A stretch of DNA of 63,816 bases, filler included, from Sphacelaria rigidula (Eukaryota): the NCBI GenBank assembly GCA_964200075.2. It is 7 parts of 7 records of this genome, joined end to end, with 100 filler letters (N's around TTAATTAATTAA, not from the genome) between each part and the next. Parts side by side here need not be neighbours in the genome. Positions count along the whole stretch, not along the records: positions 18,265 to 27,295 come from CAXNAA020009466.1; positions 27,396 to 36,426 come from CAXNAA020009467.1; 5 more parts are not named here. One strand, given 5' to 3'. A model generated the notes under the pieces. The model was not told where the DNA came from and did no database searches. It saw only the letters and a list, made by a program, of their open reading frames with translations. This document shows positions 24,162 to 36,351 of the stretch, piece by piece (position 1 is the first letter of the stretch; every line of letters starts with the position of its first letter). Both the position numbers and the translations under genes were made by a program.

Positions 24162-25369
24162 TTGTGATCACGACTCGAGCTTCATTATAGCTGCCCAGGT
24201 GATGTGTACATCTCGATAAGTCACACCCGTGCAATGCTGTGTGAATAAAATCCCCTCTCCAATAGTGTAATATCGACAGCATGACTACCCGACAACGACG
24301 AAGCAGGGCACATACACAGCACGCTACTATGTACTAAGGACATTTTTGCGTGTTTTATGGTTCGTTATGCTGTTACCCTCTTCTCATTTCATGGATTACT
24401 TTGACATGGCACATACGTCGACAACTTGGTATGCGCGACCATCGCCGGACGAGCGCGTGGTGGTGCAGGTTTAAGAAAAATATCCTCAGTGCGACTATGG
24501 TTATGTGGCTGACGCGGTTTCGAAACCAGCCACCAACGGCGTCTGGAGGAACTTATGTCGTTTCGCTCAAGCGATGGCGAGCCCAAAACACCTGTCCCGA
24601 ACCAGCTCATAGGCCCGAAACTACCACATCGACATATGTGATGAACACACGCCATGTCTGTCACCCGTTGATGGACCGTCTCCGGTGCACTTGTTTGTGG
24701 ATGAGGCAGTCGCAGCGTCACCAAGTGCTGCACATGCAGGGCCACTTTTTCATAGTTGGGTTCTCGGTACAGCCATATTCCTCTCAACTGCAAGTTTCTT
24801 CCTCCATAGGCTATGTGCTGCTGCATGTGATTTTCAACAAACCCTCAACACGTAACCCCAATGTGGCTCATGCGATCTCGCAACTATTTGAAACCTGATC
24901 ATATCCAGAAATCTGGGCCTACCCAACAACAATACAGAGGTATGGTTTTTAGCCATCCTACGGGGGGGGGGCGTACTCATTTGTTGCTTGCCTTAGTCAT
25001 TTGACCATTGAGTACATTGTGTACGGATGGGGGGGGGGGGGTTGGTTTCCCGGAAAACGTGGCTCATAGGTGCCTCAGACGACCTGCCACACTCGCTGTG
25101 CGCTTGAATCCGGTTTAAAGTGGTGCCAAGCAGTACAAATAAGCGTTATTTATCTACAGGAAGCTCGCTCGAACAAGCATTGCTGCTTTCAAAGCCAAAG
25201 TTACTTGGAACTTCGTGCCATGTGTGGCTCGAAATCCCCCCCCCCCCCTATCGTGGATGACTCGCCCGTTGTTCTAAAACCAACGACCGCGTGTAGAATG
25301 GCACCCTACGCCGGTTCGTCGGATGGTCTCCAGCACACTTTTTGTGGGGGGGCTATCCCGGCAGGAGTT

Positions 25370-26115
25370 GGACATAGACATGAAATAGAGGAGCTAACCC
25401 TCCCTCTTTTTTAACCTACCGTAACACAGCCTGGACATGAACATGAAATAACGAAGCTAACCCTCCCTTTTCTTTAACCTACCATAACACAGCCCGGACA
25501 TAGACATGGAATAGAGAAGCTAACCCTCCTTTTTCTTTAACCTACACGGGTGACCACTGGGGTCTGTAACCTGGCTTTTTTGGGACCTTATCCACATTTC
25601 GTAAGGTCCGCGGATTAGGTGGACAACTGAAGAGCATTCGCACAGCATGGACATGTTTTGTTCCGATCCTGTTCATGCTGTGCGAATGCTCCTCAGTGGT
25701 CTACCCAATCCGCGGACCTTACCAAAGGTGGATAAGGTCCCAAAATGGCCAGGTTACAGACCCCAGTGGCCACCCGTGTACCATGACACAGCCTGGACAT
25801 AAACATGGAATACAGAAGCTAACCCTCCTTCTTCTTTAACCTACTATAACACAGCCCGGACATAGACATGAAATAAAGAAGCTAAACCTCCTTCTTCTCC
25901 AAAATGCTACACAGCCCGGACATGGACATGAAATACAGGAAGTGACCCTCCTTGTTCTTTCACCCACCATAAATAGCCCGGACATGGACATGAAATACAG
26001 AAGCTGACTCTCCTTCTTCTTTAACCTCCCATAGCACAGCCCGGACATAGACATGGAATAGAGAAGCTGACCCCCCTTTGAATCCAACACACCAAAACAC
26101 AGCCCAAACATGAAC
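25370..26115. repeat. ~61-bp minisatellite (about 8 units) interrupted by a MITE
   Basis: Unit GGACATAGACATGAAATAGAGAAGCTAACCCTCC...TTTAACCTACCATAACACAGCCC. Confidence 0.92.
25545..25778. mobile_element. Second CACGGG MITE copy (234 bp, central deletion), TA TSD
   Basis: Same TIRs as 6143-6435; splits a satellite unit as CC-TA|element|TA-CCA. Confidence 0.93.
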
Positions 26116-27683
26116 GTGGAATCGCGGAAAATAACCGAGATTCTTCCCCATTATATTATGAGAAACGCGAGACAATGATAAATCCAAAACCTGAACATGT
26201 AAACAACAGCGTAAAGGTTGACCACCTGACATGCAAATCGAAAGAACAGAAGATATAACAAGGACGGATAGGGTAGGACCATCACCCTCTCCATGTCAAA
26301 TTCACACGGAGGTTGGGGTCTCGTGGTGAGATGCCCGTAGAACCTTACCGGCTTTCAATACCCGTAAAAACTTACCGGCGTTCAGTGTGGTGGAAGTCTG
26401 GTCACCCATTTCCAGAATTTTCCGACATAGGTGCAAAAAGCGCCTAATGAAGGGAAGGGGTGAACAATGCATCGCGTAAATGCCAAGACCTACTGCACTC
26501 ATGAAAATAATCACCTTACCGATGACCGACCACATGACCTACGAGAAGGAGCACCAAGCGGCACGTAGCCTTCTTGAGATCTTCAAGGACAGAACTGGTA
26601 CAATGTGTGGGGAAATCCTTTTCCACGCTTTCGGCAGCGAAGGGATACTCGAAAGCATCAGTGGAGTAGTGAACCATGGTGAATCATACATGGAGTGAGA
26701 GAGTGATATACGGGGCATTCCGGTGTGAGTAAGACCTCCTTGTGTTATGCAAGCCGTCCTTGAATATTTTACGGTGAACCTGATCTCCCTGGAGGAAAGT
26801 AACCAGTACGACAGCGGGGCAAGAAGATACAAGATACAATTGTGGGACGCCTGGATGGTTTATGATGAAGATCGCCTGGCACAAAGTGAGGTACGTGTGT
26901 CCAAGGTGTTGAAGTTGGATCTAGGCAACGAGCCCGTGTTGGAGGCATCATCTAGTGTCGGTGATCCAGCAAAAGAACTAAAAGGAACGGGACCCCCAAC
27001 GAGTACAAGGATTGGGATGTCCCAGTACGTTGAAGATATCCCACGAATACAATGAAAATGAACAAGCTGGAGATTCTCTCGAAGGAGTTCAAGAGAGAGA
27101 GACGTTAAGGAAGGGCGGATGGAGGAAAAAATAGTGATCGGGTAAGGTACTTGTAGTGCTGGTATTCAAAAGTACGTAGCGACATGACGAGAATGGAGTT
27201 TAAAAAGCAATGCGATGAAGTTGGATTATACTGTTTGGCAACAGGAAAAGTAGAAGGGGAGGGAGAACACTTCCGAGTCACGCTAAAACAGGGAGNNNNN
27301 NNNNNNNNNNNNNNNNNNNNNNNNNNNNNNNNNNNNNNNTTAATTAATTAANNNNNNNNNNNNNNNNNNNNNNNNNNNNNNNNNNNNNNNNNNNNAACGG
27401 GGAAGAAATGGGTTGATCCCTTGAGACCACCGACTCATCCCGAGGAAGGGGAGGGGTTCAAAGTGTGAGGGAAAAAAAAAAATGTATACCATAATTACAA
27501 GCGAACGTAAGAGGAATGCACACAGCCTAGATATAGATATGTGAAGGCAACACGAACAGTGAACAGGCAATGTCCACATGCACACAAGACAATATATCCC
27601 ATATATACACTAGATATAAACACAAACATTCACAGCAGAAGTGTACGCGCGATTTTCACAGTAAAAAAACAAAATACACTCAC

Positions 27684-27789
27684 CAATACGACAGCGCCAA
27701 TAGTTCCGTCTTCCTTCACACCCTTCTCTGCTCGAAACTGTCGAATACCTCCGGTCAAGCACAGCTGGTACGCCCACCACAACTCCTGC
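27684..27789 (-). CDS. Internal exon of an unidentified spliced gene
   Basis: Pyrimidine tract + GCGCAG acceptor and GTGAGT donor; reads QELWWAYQLCLTGGIRQFRAEKGVKEDGTIGAVVL; phase-compatible with 28497-28705. Confidence 0.6.
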
Positions 27790-28496
27790 CTGCGCTCATG
27801 CGAAACGAAACGAAAAACACCATTGAATGTGCGCCCAGATTATTATACTATGCCGCTCGTCGCTACACCGCAAGTACATGTTCTCGGCTACTCAGCATTG
27901 AAGGGAAGAGAGCCTGTCATCTGGATAATTCAGGGTCAGATATTTGAAGGGTATAAGATTGCCGTCATTTTGCTGCGAAGTGGCGTTCCGGGCTGCCACC
28001 CTCAACAATACCCGAGCGTGTCGCAAATGGTGCATGTGCACAACGCGTATCTACTAAGTATGTGCTTCAGGTTGTTTTAAGACTCGTCGTCGCTGCTATT
28101 ATAGCACCCATCTCAATCCAAGGAGCATCTCTCAGGATACAGAAAAGCGACGAGCGCTGCGTAAGGGTCAGCGGTGAAACGGTCCCCTTGAGCTGACTTC
28201 AGTGCAGTGCTCCAAAAAAGAAAGAGTCAAAACACGACAAGGCATGATGTAGCAGTTTCACTTCGCGTGACCGTTTTCTTCGCGTGATTTGAGCGGGGGG
28301 GGAAATGGAACACGAAACCATACACGTGCCTACCGCAAGTGACGCAAAAATTAAAAGGACACCACACGAGCACAGCTGCGCATACGCGCATGTACGGTAC
28401 AATAGTACAAGTACAACACTTGTCTTGGGGACTTGCGGGGTGCAAACGAAAATTCCGTCATTTCCAAGAATTCAAGAGGATCTTCCTCGTTCTCAC

Positions 28497-28705
28497 CTTG
28501 CCGGAAAACATGCCTCCAGGGCGTCCAGCACACCCAGCGCACCGCCGGCAGTGACCGCCTTGCTGACAGTCGAAGCACCTTCAGCAGCCGCCAAAGCATC
28601 TCTCGCGGATACACCATCCATGGCTGCTGCTGTGGTCTCCTCGGCCAGAGACGGACACAGCAATCGGGAGCACACCTGGACGAGGTACGAGCACAGCGAC
28701 ACCTC
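28497..28705 (-). CDS. Internal exon of the same gene
   Basis: CCGCAG acceptor and AG|GTGAGA donor; reads EVSLCSYLVQVCSRLLCPSLAEE...GVLDALEACFPA(R). Confidence 0.62.
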
Positions 28706-29958
28706 CTGCGGAGCGTAGTCGGAAACGTGGACGGCATGCGCAAAGACAGAGGGCGGGGTTCAAGACAGCGGGATATGTAGTCAACATCCGATTATCCTCC
28801 AAAACTTTGACCCTCGGTTGATCCAGCCTCACTTGCCTGGGTGCATGCCTGTCTCGGCAAATTACTATTGAGAATTCCCCCGGACACCATGGATGATGAC
28901 GATAGTAGATCAGCATTCCTGCAAAACCCATCGCCACTGACCCTATTTCTTCCTTGACATCTTTCGTTCTCAAGAACGTTTTCTGGCGCCGAAGACCACA
29001 CCCTGTATACAATATAATTATTATCGGGATTTGAAGGCATAACATCCGCTCAAAGTGTCCATTAGTCCAACACTTTGACCAACAGCGAGCGGCAGCCTTT
29101 GTTACAGAAAGTACGTCCATAGCGGGCAGGGTTCAACTCTCTCAAGGTCAACTCGTGTTGGTCCATCGTATGTATCGTTGTTGAAGTGCTTGGGTGCTCG
29201 AGTGCTCGAGAGGGGTGTCGCCGTCGCAAATCCATTCAAGCGTGATTCTGGTAATTCAGCATGAGATTTTAGGCAGTCAGTGAGTGAAAGTCGCGCAGAG
29301 CGGTGGCTGGTTTGCTCACGACGAAAAAGTGCCGTAAGTAGGCATTTTTGAAGTGAGACTACAGCTTCACGGGTGTGAACAGCTGGGGTGTAACCAAAAA
29401 CACAACCGTTCAGAACGTTAAGCGTAACACTAGAGGCACGCACAACACGCATCTGAATATACAGTATGTTGATATACTAGCAGTCGCATCTCAGTGGTAC
29501 ACCAACAGTCCGTTGGAGCGAAAATCGCGGGTTTTGCATCCCACCAGATAGGGTCTCTGGGCAGAATCTGGTTTACATCGTTGGAAGCGCAATGATGCCA
29601 GTAGCAGTACCAGTAGCAGAGAAAAAAACGACGATAGTAGACGGGGTGCGAGAGTGCCGACGGTCATGATCCAATCCTCAACACAACATGTCCGGAAACT
29701 CCGGTTGATCACTACAGACTACAAACTCGTCCCGAGCAAGTGAAGGGGTAGGGGTAGGGGTAAAAAGGGTGAAGGGGGAGGGGTAGGGCGGGATATGCAT
29801 GTACTTGATGTGCAAGGAGGCGCTGACCAGGCGACCCTGTATATGCCAAAGCACATGCATTGAAGACATCCAGTACTCGGCGCTTTTCAAGTAGCCGACA
29901 GCGATACTATACTGTGGTAACGATTGGCATTTTTGCGTTATATAGATTCGTTGATAGG

Positions 29959-30031
29959 TGACCACGGAGGGCGTCCGCATCAGATGCCCAGGGCGAAGTA
30001 CTGCACAGATATCGGGACGATTCATACGTGG

Positions 30032-30082
<51 letters not shown>
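29959..30082 (+). mobile_element. Retroposon 3' end with long (CAA)n tail (may extend further 5')
   Basis: Homologous to 9164-9262; (CAA)n at about 30033-30082. The polyQ/polyL/polyV ORFs here are artefacts. Confidence 0.72.
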
Positions 30083-30731
30083 CGTAGCACCTGTATGGAC
30101 ACAAGTAGCGCAATAGGAGTAGTGGCCACGGCATTAGCTCCCACAAGTTTACTGGCGCAGCAGGTGATGGACGTTCGCGTTGTTCGCTCACCCCCGGTTT
30201 CGTCGCATTTATCGCCGCCCTGGAGGTGCATCGACCGAGAACACGCGACATCCAGCACAAGTGCGTGAATTGAACAAACCTAAAAGCAAGCTGGCCATTC
30301 GACGACACGCCTCCCCCATGCCTTGAACCGGTCTCGACAGGCACGCCACGATTGTTCCCGCACATTGCCATCACGAGAGGGGGATCGATACCGCGCGAAT
30401 GCAGATGATGACCGACCCTCGGGCAAGCAGTTCCTCGGCGACCGTACCCTCCCGTTTGCTTTCAGACGAGAGCTGAAGGTTTTGCTCTTGAAGCTACTGC
30501 CTGTCTTCCTGCCTTCGTACCTCTCTCATGTTGCATGTTGCATCAAGAGAACCAATTCGACACGTGTGAACTCCAGCTATTCTGCGGGCTGCGGTACTAC
30601 GATGTATTTTGGAAGACAACATCACGACGCAGAGGTCGAAAAAGGGGAGGAGTGCTTGGAGCCCTCGACGCTGGTGCTGTTGTACTCTAATACACGCGAG
30701 CATTGAGATAAATGCAGTGCTTTGACATTAC

Positions 30732-30898
30732 CTCGTAGAAATCATTAACCGACAGTAGTTGCGAGAAGTCTTGGATGCCGTCGTACGGATTTTCTTCCCG
30801 GCGTGCCTCCTCTTCGATGGCCGTTTCCCTCATCCGCTTCTCTCTGCGCTCTCTGACCTTATCCGACAAATAATGTTTCCACCGTCGTGGCTCCTTGT
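30732..30898 (-). CDS. Probable upstream exon (charged, coiled-coil-like)
   Basis: KEPRRWKHYLSDKVRERREKRMRE...DFSQLLSVNDFYE|GTAATG; ends in phase 0, compatible with 28705; weak acceptor. Confidence 0.45.
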
Positions 30899-32227
30899 CT
30901 GCATGCGGATCGACCCATCATTTAATCGGACCAAATGCCCCGTTGAAGATATGGATCGGATATACGGGTTAAAAATATGGATCAAAGACGTGGATGAAAC
31001 AGATAACGACCAGCGAATGCGAATCCAAGATGTCGACGGGAGATATCGATCAAATATACGGATAAAGCGGGATGCGGATGCAATACGAGCTGGGCCAGCC
31101 TAGAGGCGGATTGGAAGTTTGCAGGCGAATGCGCCGGCCAATATTTAGAGTTGGAGGGTCAAATTTGGTATGGACAATGAATAGGGCATAAAAAAAATGG
31201 AAAGAAGCACCAGAACTTTTTTTTTCTTCATGAGTTAACCCTTTTGGGACCGGATCTCCAGAACGACCAATGAGCCTGGTCAGGAATGACGTGTCTGGCG
31301 TCTGCACGAAACAGTGGCGTCTTGCTGAAAATTCGCGTATGTAACGCAGGGTTATGACAAAGACCGAAAGTTCCAATCTATTTTCAGGTGCAGGGTGCGC
31401 AGTGGGTGGAGTACATTATATGACGTAGAAAGCAGTATGGGCCGTGGTAAGAGCTTCCAACCGGATGCGGCGACCGGCGGGCCACCCGCCACTTGTGGCT
31501 TTGGATGATACTTTTGTCCCCATGACCTTATTACACAGCCCTTTGTGGTCGGGATGGGCCGCCATTTGCCCCCTTGTTGCATGTGGCAAATTCTCTTCGA
31601 ACGGTATTAGCGTTGCGGCGCGCATGCATACAACAGAATAGTACAGTACAGTACAGCCTAGTACGCCTCTCCAACTCAAGCAGCAGCTGCCGTCGCATAC
31701 TCCCTTGCACGTTCTGGGCAATTATCGGCTACCGAAATCAGCTGCCTGCATACAGCTTTGTCATCCCCGTCCACGACATACATGTGGACTGCACACTGCA
31801 AGTCATCCGCAGGGGGATACGCAAAATTCATAACGGTAGCTCCTTTGTCTTCCCACAGCCCACCTGGATTTTGTGCCTCGTGAAAATGACCACATGGTGG
31901 CCTGTACACTTTTTCCTGGTTTTTTCCGGTCCACCCTGTGTGAGTGTAAATTAATACGTTTCAGTATTGAACTAGGACCCAAAAACACTCAGGAAAAACT
32001 CGGGAACGGTATACTGAGTGCAAGTAATACCGTAAAACCAAGCCGCGACAACCCTGCACTTGGAAACCTGGAGAGGCTTATCTGGGCCAGGAATAGTGCC
32101 CCCACACGATCTTTGCAGTGGCATCACACTCGACAACAATCCCCGCGCTGGTCGTCCGGGTCTGGTCGATAAAGTTTGTCTCGCCGTGATTGAGCAGGTC
32201 GCTCAAAGACTTATTTTTAATGATTTC

Positions 32228-34468
32228 CAGGGGTGTACACGTTACACGTGCCACAGCGTTACACGTTACGTTCAAGTTACGTTTTGGCCGGAACGTAACG
32301 TGAACGTTAATTCTTTTTTACGTGATGAACGTTACGTGAACGTAACGTTGAAATTTCAAATGAAACGTTAACGTAACGTTAAACTTTTTTAATGTGACAC
32401 ACGTAACGTAACGTGAACGTTTAATTGCCCAAACGTTCAAATCACGCAATATGAAACGTTTCATGTAACGTGAAACGTATATTACACGCTACACGTGCAT
32501 TAGACGTTACACGTTACACTTAACGTTATATGTTACGTTACACATTACATGAAACGTCATGAACACGTCACATGCAGTGGTGAAACTTCAAATTTGCAAC
32601 AAATTTTAAAATACTGAAGATGGTGCTTCAATAAACACGAGTGAGTTTGAATGGCCATGGTATAGGTATGGTACTATTGAAGAAATTTCCCGCTCTCCCC
32701 ACAACACGTCATAATCATAACATCATAATCATCTCGACCACATTCAACGCTACTTCTTATATATGAAAAACACGTTGTCAGAAAAGCTGTTTCTCAACAC
32801 CGCGATTTTCCACATAATTTTTCAAAGTAGCCTTTCTCACGTAATCGACGCGCTGTCAAAATTGGAAACGCAGTGCTCATCGTTCTTCATTCTTCATGAG
32901 GTGTGCAGGCATAATTTCTAATTCTGGGGCGCGCGAGATAGACGCAGGCAGCACTCTGCTGTCGTGTCGTGGTGCACGCTTCGTACTGACTGTCTGTACC
33001 ACTGTGATACATTGCCTGAGCAATACATGGTGGGCTGCGTGACGCGAGACGATCAATACGAACACCGCCTTGCTGTACCTGGTACTGATAATAACTGACC
33101 GTAGTAGTGACGGTTGTGCTTTTCACTGCACGGGAGTGCTTGACTGAAAGGGAAGCACGGACAAGAGTAAACACAACAGTACTGTATTGTATGCATTGGC
33201 TGTAAACATTTTCGTGAAATTGAGAGTAGAGAGCTGATTGGGAGTGGCTTCATTCATTCGCTTCAACTTAGCCAATTATTCATTCAGTGTGCGCTTTTTC
33301 TCCCCTCCATCACTGGCGTGTGCTTAAAGCTACACGTCGATATCCTACTCGAGGATATCAAGGGCCTCAGTGGCAAACTACTACAGAAAGCATATTATGC
33401 CTCGTGGCGGGGCATTTCGGAATTGAAACGGATGATTCCCTAATTGACCGCTTTTCACTCTCAATCGTATCCTCTCCTCTCAACCTCACGAAAACCTGGT
33501 AGTGATGGCTTGGCTGCCATCATCACTGCTGTCGCTGGTGCTCGCGGGCAGTCAGCGCTTTGCTTCATTGTCCTTCGCTCGCCAGTAGCGTGATGGTCCG
33601 TACCCCTTACCCCCATGAGAACAAAACAGGGCAGGGTCCATGACGAGTGCTGTCAGACACTCTGTTTGTCGGTTGCACAGTAATGTAGCTAGCTCAGTTC
33701 AGGTCTGTGCATGCAGCGTGTTGTAAACAGCACTTAAATACAGTATAAACTGTTCAAGCTCCCAAGCCCTGTAGACACTGCAGCAGTAGCACTACTGCTT
33801 ATACTGTGGTCTTGTGTGTACGGTCAGTGCGGTCCTGTCTCTACAAGTCTTGGGTGCGTGAGCAGTCAGCACTGCATCGCGAGTGCTGTTCGCATCAGGC
33901 TGCATGCACAGACCTGAAATGTTTGTGCAAACTACACACAGTGTTTGTACAGCACTTGTCATCGACCCTGCCCTGTACTGTTCTCATGGGGTAAAGAGCT
34001 ACCATGATACTGGCGAGCGAAGGACAATGAAGCATCACGCGGACTATCCGCGAGCACCAGCGACAGCAGTGGTGACGGCAGCCAAGCCACCCGTGGATGC
34101 TGTCGTGGGCTGGAGGGTGTGTTGGCGTGCGGCGGGATTTCAAATGCGTGTTTTGATAACATAAGAAGTGGGTTATCAGAAAATGCGTTTTTTTATGGAG
34201 ATTTTTCTACACATGGGAACTAGCCGACGGGTCACCGCCAGCATCACGTACACGGTAACATCACGCGTTAAACGAAACGTTACAACGCCTTAGACACGGG
34301 TGAATGAGCCGCGACATGCACAGAATGAAATTTCATGTTACATTACATGTGACGAAACGTAACGTGAACGTCGCGTCAGATTTGCATATGAGACGTGAAC
34401 GTAACGTTTGAATTTATTTCACGTGATAAACGTAACGTGCACGTGCACGTGTAACATGTAGACCCCTG
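32228..34468. mobile_element. Non-autonomous hAT-like DNA transposon (2241 bp)
   Basis: TIRs CAGGGGTGTACACGTTACACGTG / CACGTGTAACATGTAGACCCCTG; dense ACGTTAC/GTAACGT subterminal repeats at both ends; the 8-bp flanks match only 5/8. Confidence 0.8.
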
Positions 34469-35654
34469 AAAATATCTCCAACATTTGTTTTTCTTCGTAG
34501 CATCAATACGTACTCAGCTGTCAAGTTCGAGGGTGGTCGGGGCTTTCCTACGACAGATACGAGGGTAATCGTCGAAAACCATTCCGGATTTTTGGTGGTA
34601 TCAGAGTGGAAATCAGACGACGCCTAAACCCCACGTCACCGAATTACTACGGTTTGGCGATATAATTCGATTCCATGGAGACCGCACCTGTTTCTTCCGT
34701 CATGGCGGTCACTACATGTGAAGCATGGAGATTAGGTAGTACTTGGGTTGAGAATCCGCATTGAAAATTCAGAACAATTTCAGGGCTGTTGATTGGCCGA
34801 CAGACCTTCTTGGCCTTAGTGCCACCGCGACGGTCAGTATGATACCATGCATGCAACAATTAGGTAGGTATCGCGAAAGACATTCGCTGATGGGTGAATT
34901 TGGGTCGAGAGCGTCAACGCGATTTCAACTATCGTCATTCGTTTTGACATCACGACCTATCTGATCGCTATTTTTGTTTTCCACGGCACTTTTCCGATCG
35001 AAAAATGATTCGCCAAGACACGGCCTTAGCCCGTGTCCCATCAAGACATACTCGTGAAAAAAGTTAGCAAAAAAAGCATGTTAATTGGTCGCCTACCCCC
35101 CCATCCCCCCACACCCCTCCAAGAAAAAAAAGCGGCGGCGCCCTCTCCTTTGACAAAATATTTGCGAATATTTCGGTCTATTCGCCATGAAGGGGAACGT
35201 AAACCTGCGGCGCGATTAACGTCGCCGTTGTGTATACTTGTCACACACCACGACCTGAGGCACAAGCTCTCATCACCTTCTGATCTCACTGTCCTAGGAT
35301 AGAAAATGTAAACTATACGTGTGCATTCAGATGGCACCCCGATGCTATCGTTTCAACGTCCCTCCCTTCTAGTTTTCACTCGCACACCTCCGTCGCCAAC
35401 CCAAGAACCCCCGGGCGGAAATTGAATCAAGTTGCGTACTTCTCCTTTCTTCGTGCGATATCAACGACCCGGTCGATTCTGATAATAATCACAATACTAC
35501 CACACTACTGCTGCAGTCCACAGACTCCGCGTGATCGGCGCCCTTATATTCATGGTTGACACGTTCTTGAATTAACGCCATTACGTTGAGGTTAGTTTAC
35601 CACTTGGAATGTTGAGAAATTTCTCAGAAACATCTAACTTAGAACAAACTATAA

Positions 35655-36040
35655 CGCCAACACTAACCCTAACCCCAACGAAGGCACGCCAAGAACCCTC
35701 GGGCGAGGGGGTGGAGAGTGCAACATAGGCAAAGGGTGCGTTGCCAGACCTCGAATCGGCGGCCCAGGCGCCGATTTCGACCAAAACGCGTTCTGCGCGA
35801 GCTAGGAGCACGCTTGGAGCATAGCCCCATTAAATATCTGGATTTTCGCTCTTCCACACTAAAATCAAGTCGAACTATCTGAGAAATTTCTCACCATCCC
35901 AAGTGGTAAACTCTACTGATTGATCGTAACCGTAACCCCAACCCAAGGTATACCGGAAACCTTCGGGCAAGGCGGGTGCAAAGAGTGCCCTGTGCAAATT
36001 GTGCGTTGGTGCACCTCAAAATAGGGTTAGGGTTACAGTT
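35655..36040. repeat. Duplicated unit containing short telomere-like CCCTAA/TTAGGG motifs
   Basis: CTAACCCTAACCCCAAC...TCGGGC.AGG.GG...GTGCGTTG occurs twice; TAGGGTTAGGGTTA at about 36022. Confidence 0.5.
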
Positions 36041-36253
36041 ATTCTGAACCATAATTTTACTAGAAAATTCCACGCCTACCAAGTGGCAAACTAACCTCCC
36101 AACTCTACTGCTGTTGACCGCGGCGATATGAATCCCGCCAAACGCGGCGGTACGAAACCCGCCAGACGCGGCGGAAGAAATGCCGTCGCTGGGTGTGTTA
36201 GTGTTGGATATTGTATCGAAGGCTTCGATACATATCAACCCTTTGGAATTTAA

Positions 36254-36351
36254 CCGTTAGACCGCGAGGTTAGTCTTCTGTTGAATCGGCATCAATTTCA
36301 AGTGATAAAGGGTATGCATGATCCAGAAAGACTAATCTCGCGGTCTAAGGG
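36254..36351. mobile_element. 98-bp piggyBac-type MITE, TTAA TSD
   Basis: TTAA|CCGTTAGACCGCGAGGTTAGTCTT ... AAGACTAATCTCGCGGTCTAAGGG|TTAA. Confidence 0.8.

Noticed and set aside
26480-27295. Coding relic on the plus strand
   Set aside because: Purine-rich broken frames with no recognisable family.
29678-30374. PolyL/polyQ/polyV/polyC proteins
   Set aside because: Produced by the (CAA)n tail.
31108-31380. MITE with GATTGGAA.TTT inverted ends
   Set aside because: Only about 12 bp of imperfect inverted repeat, no TSD and no second copy.
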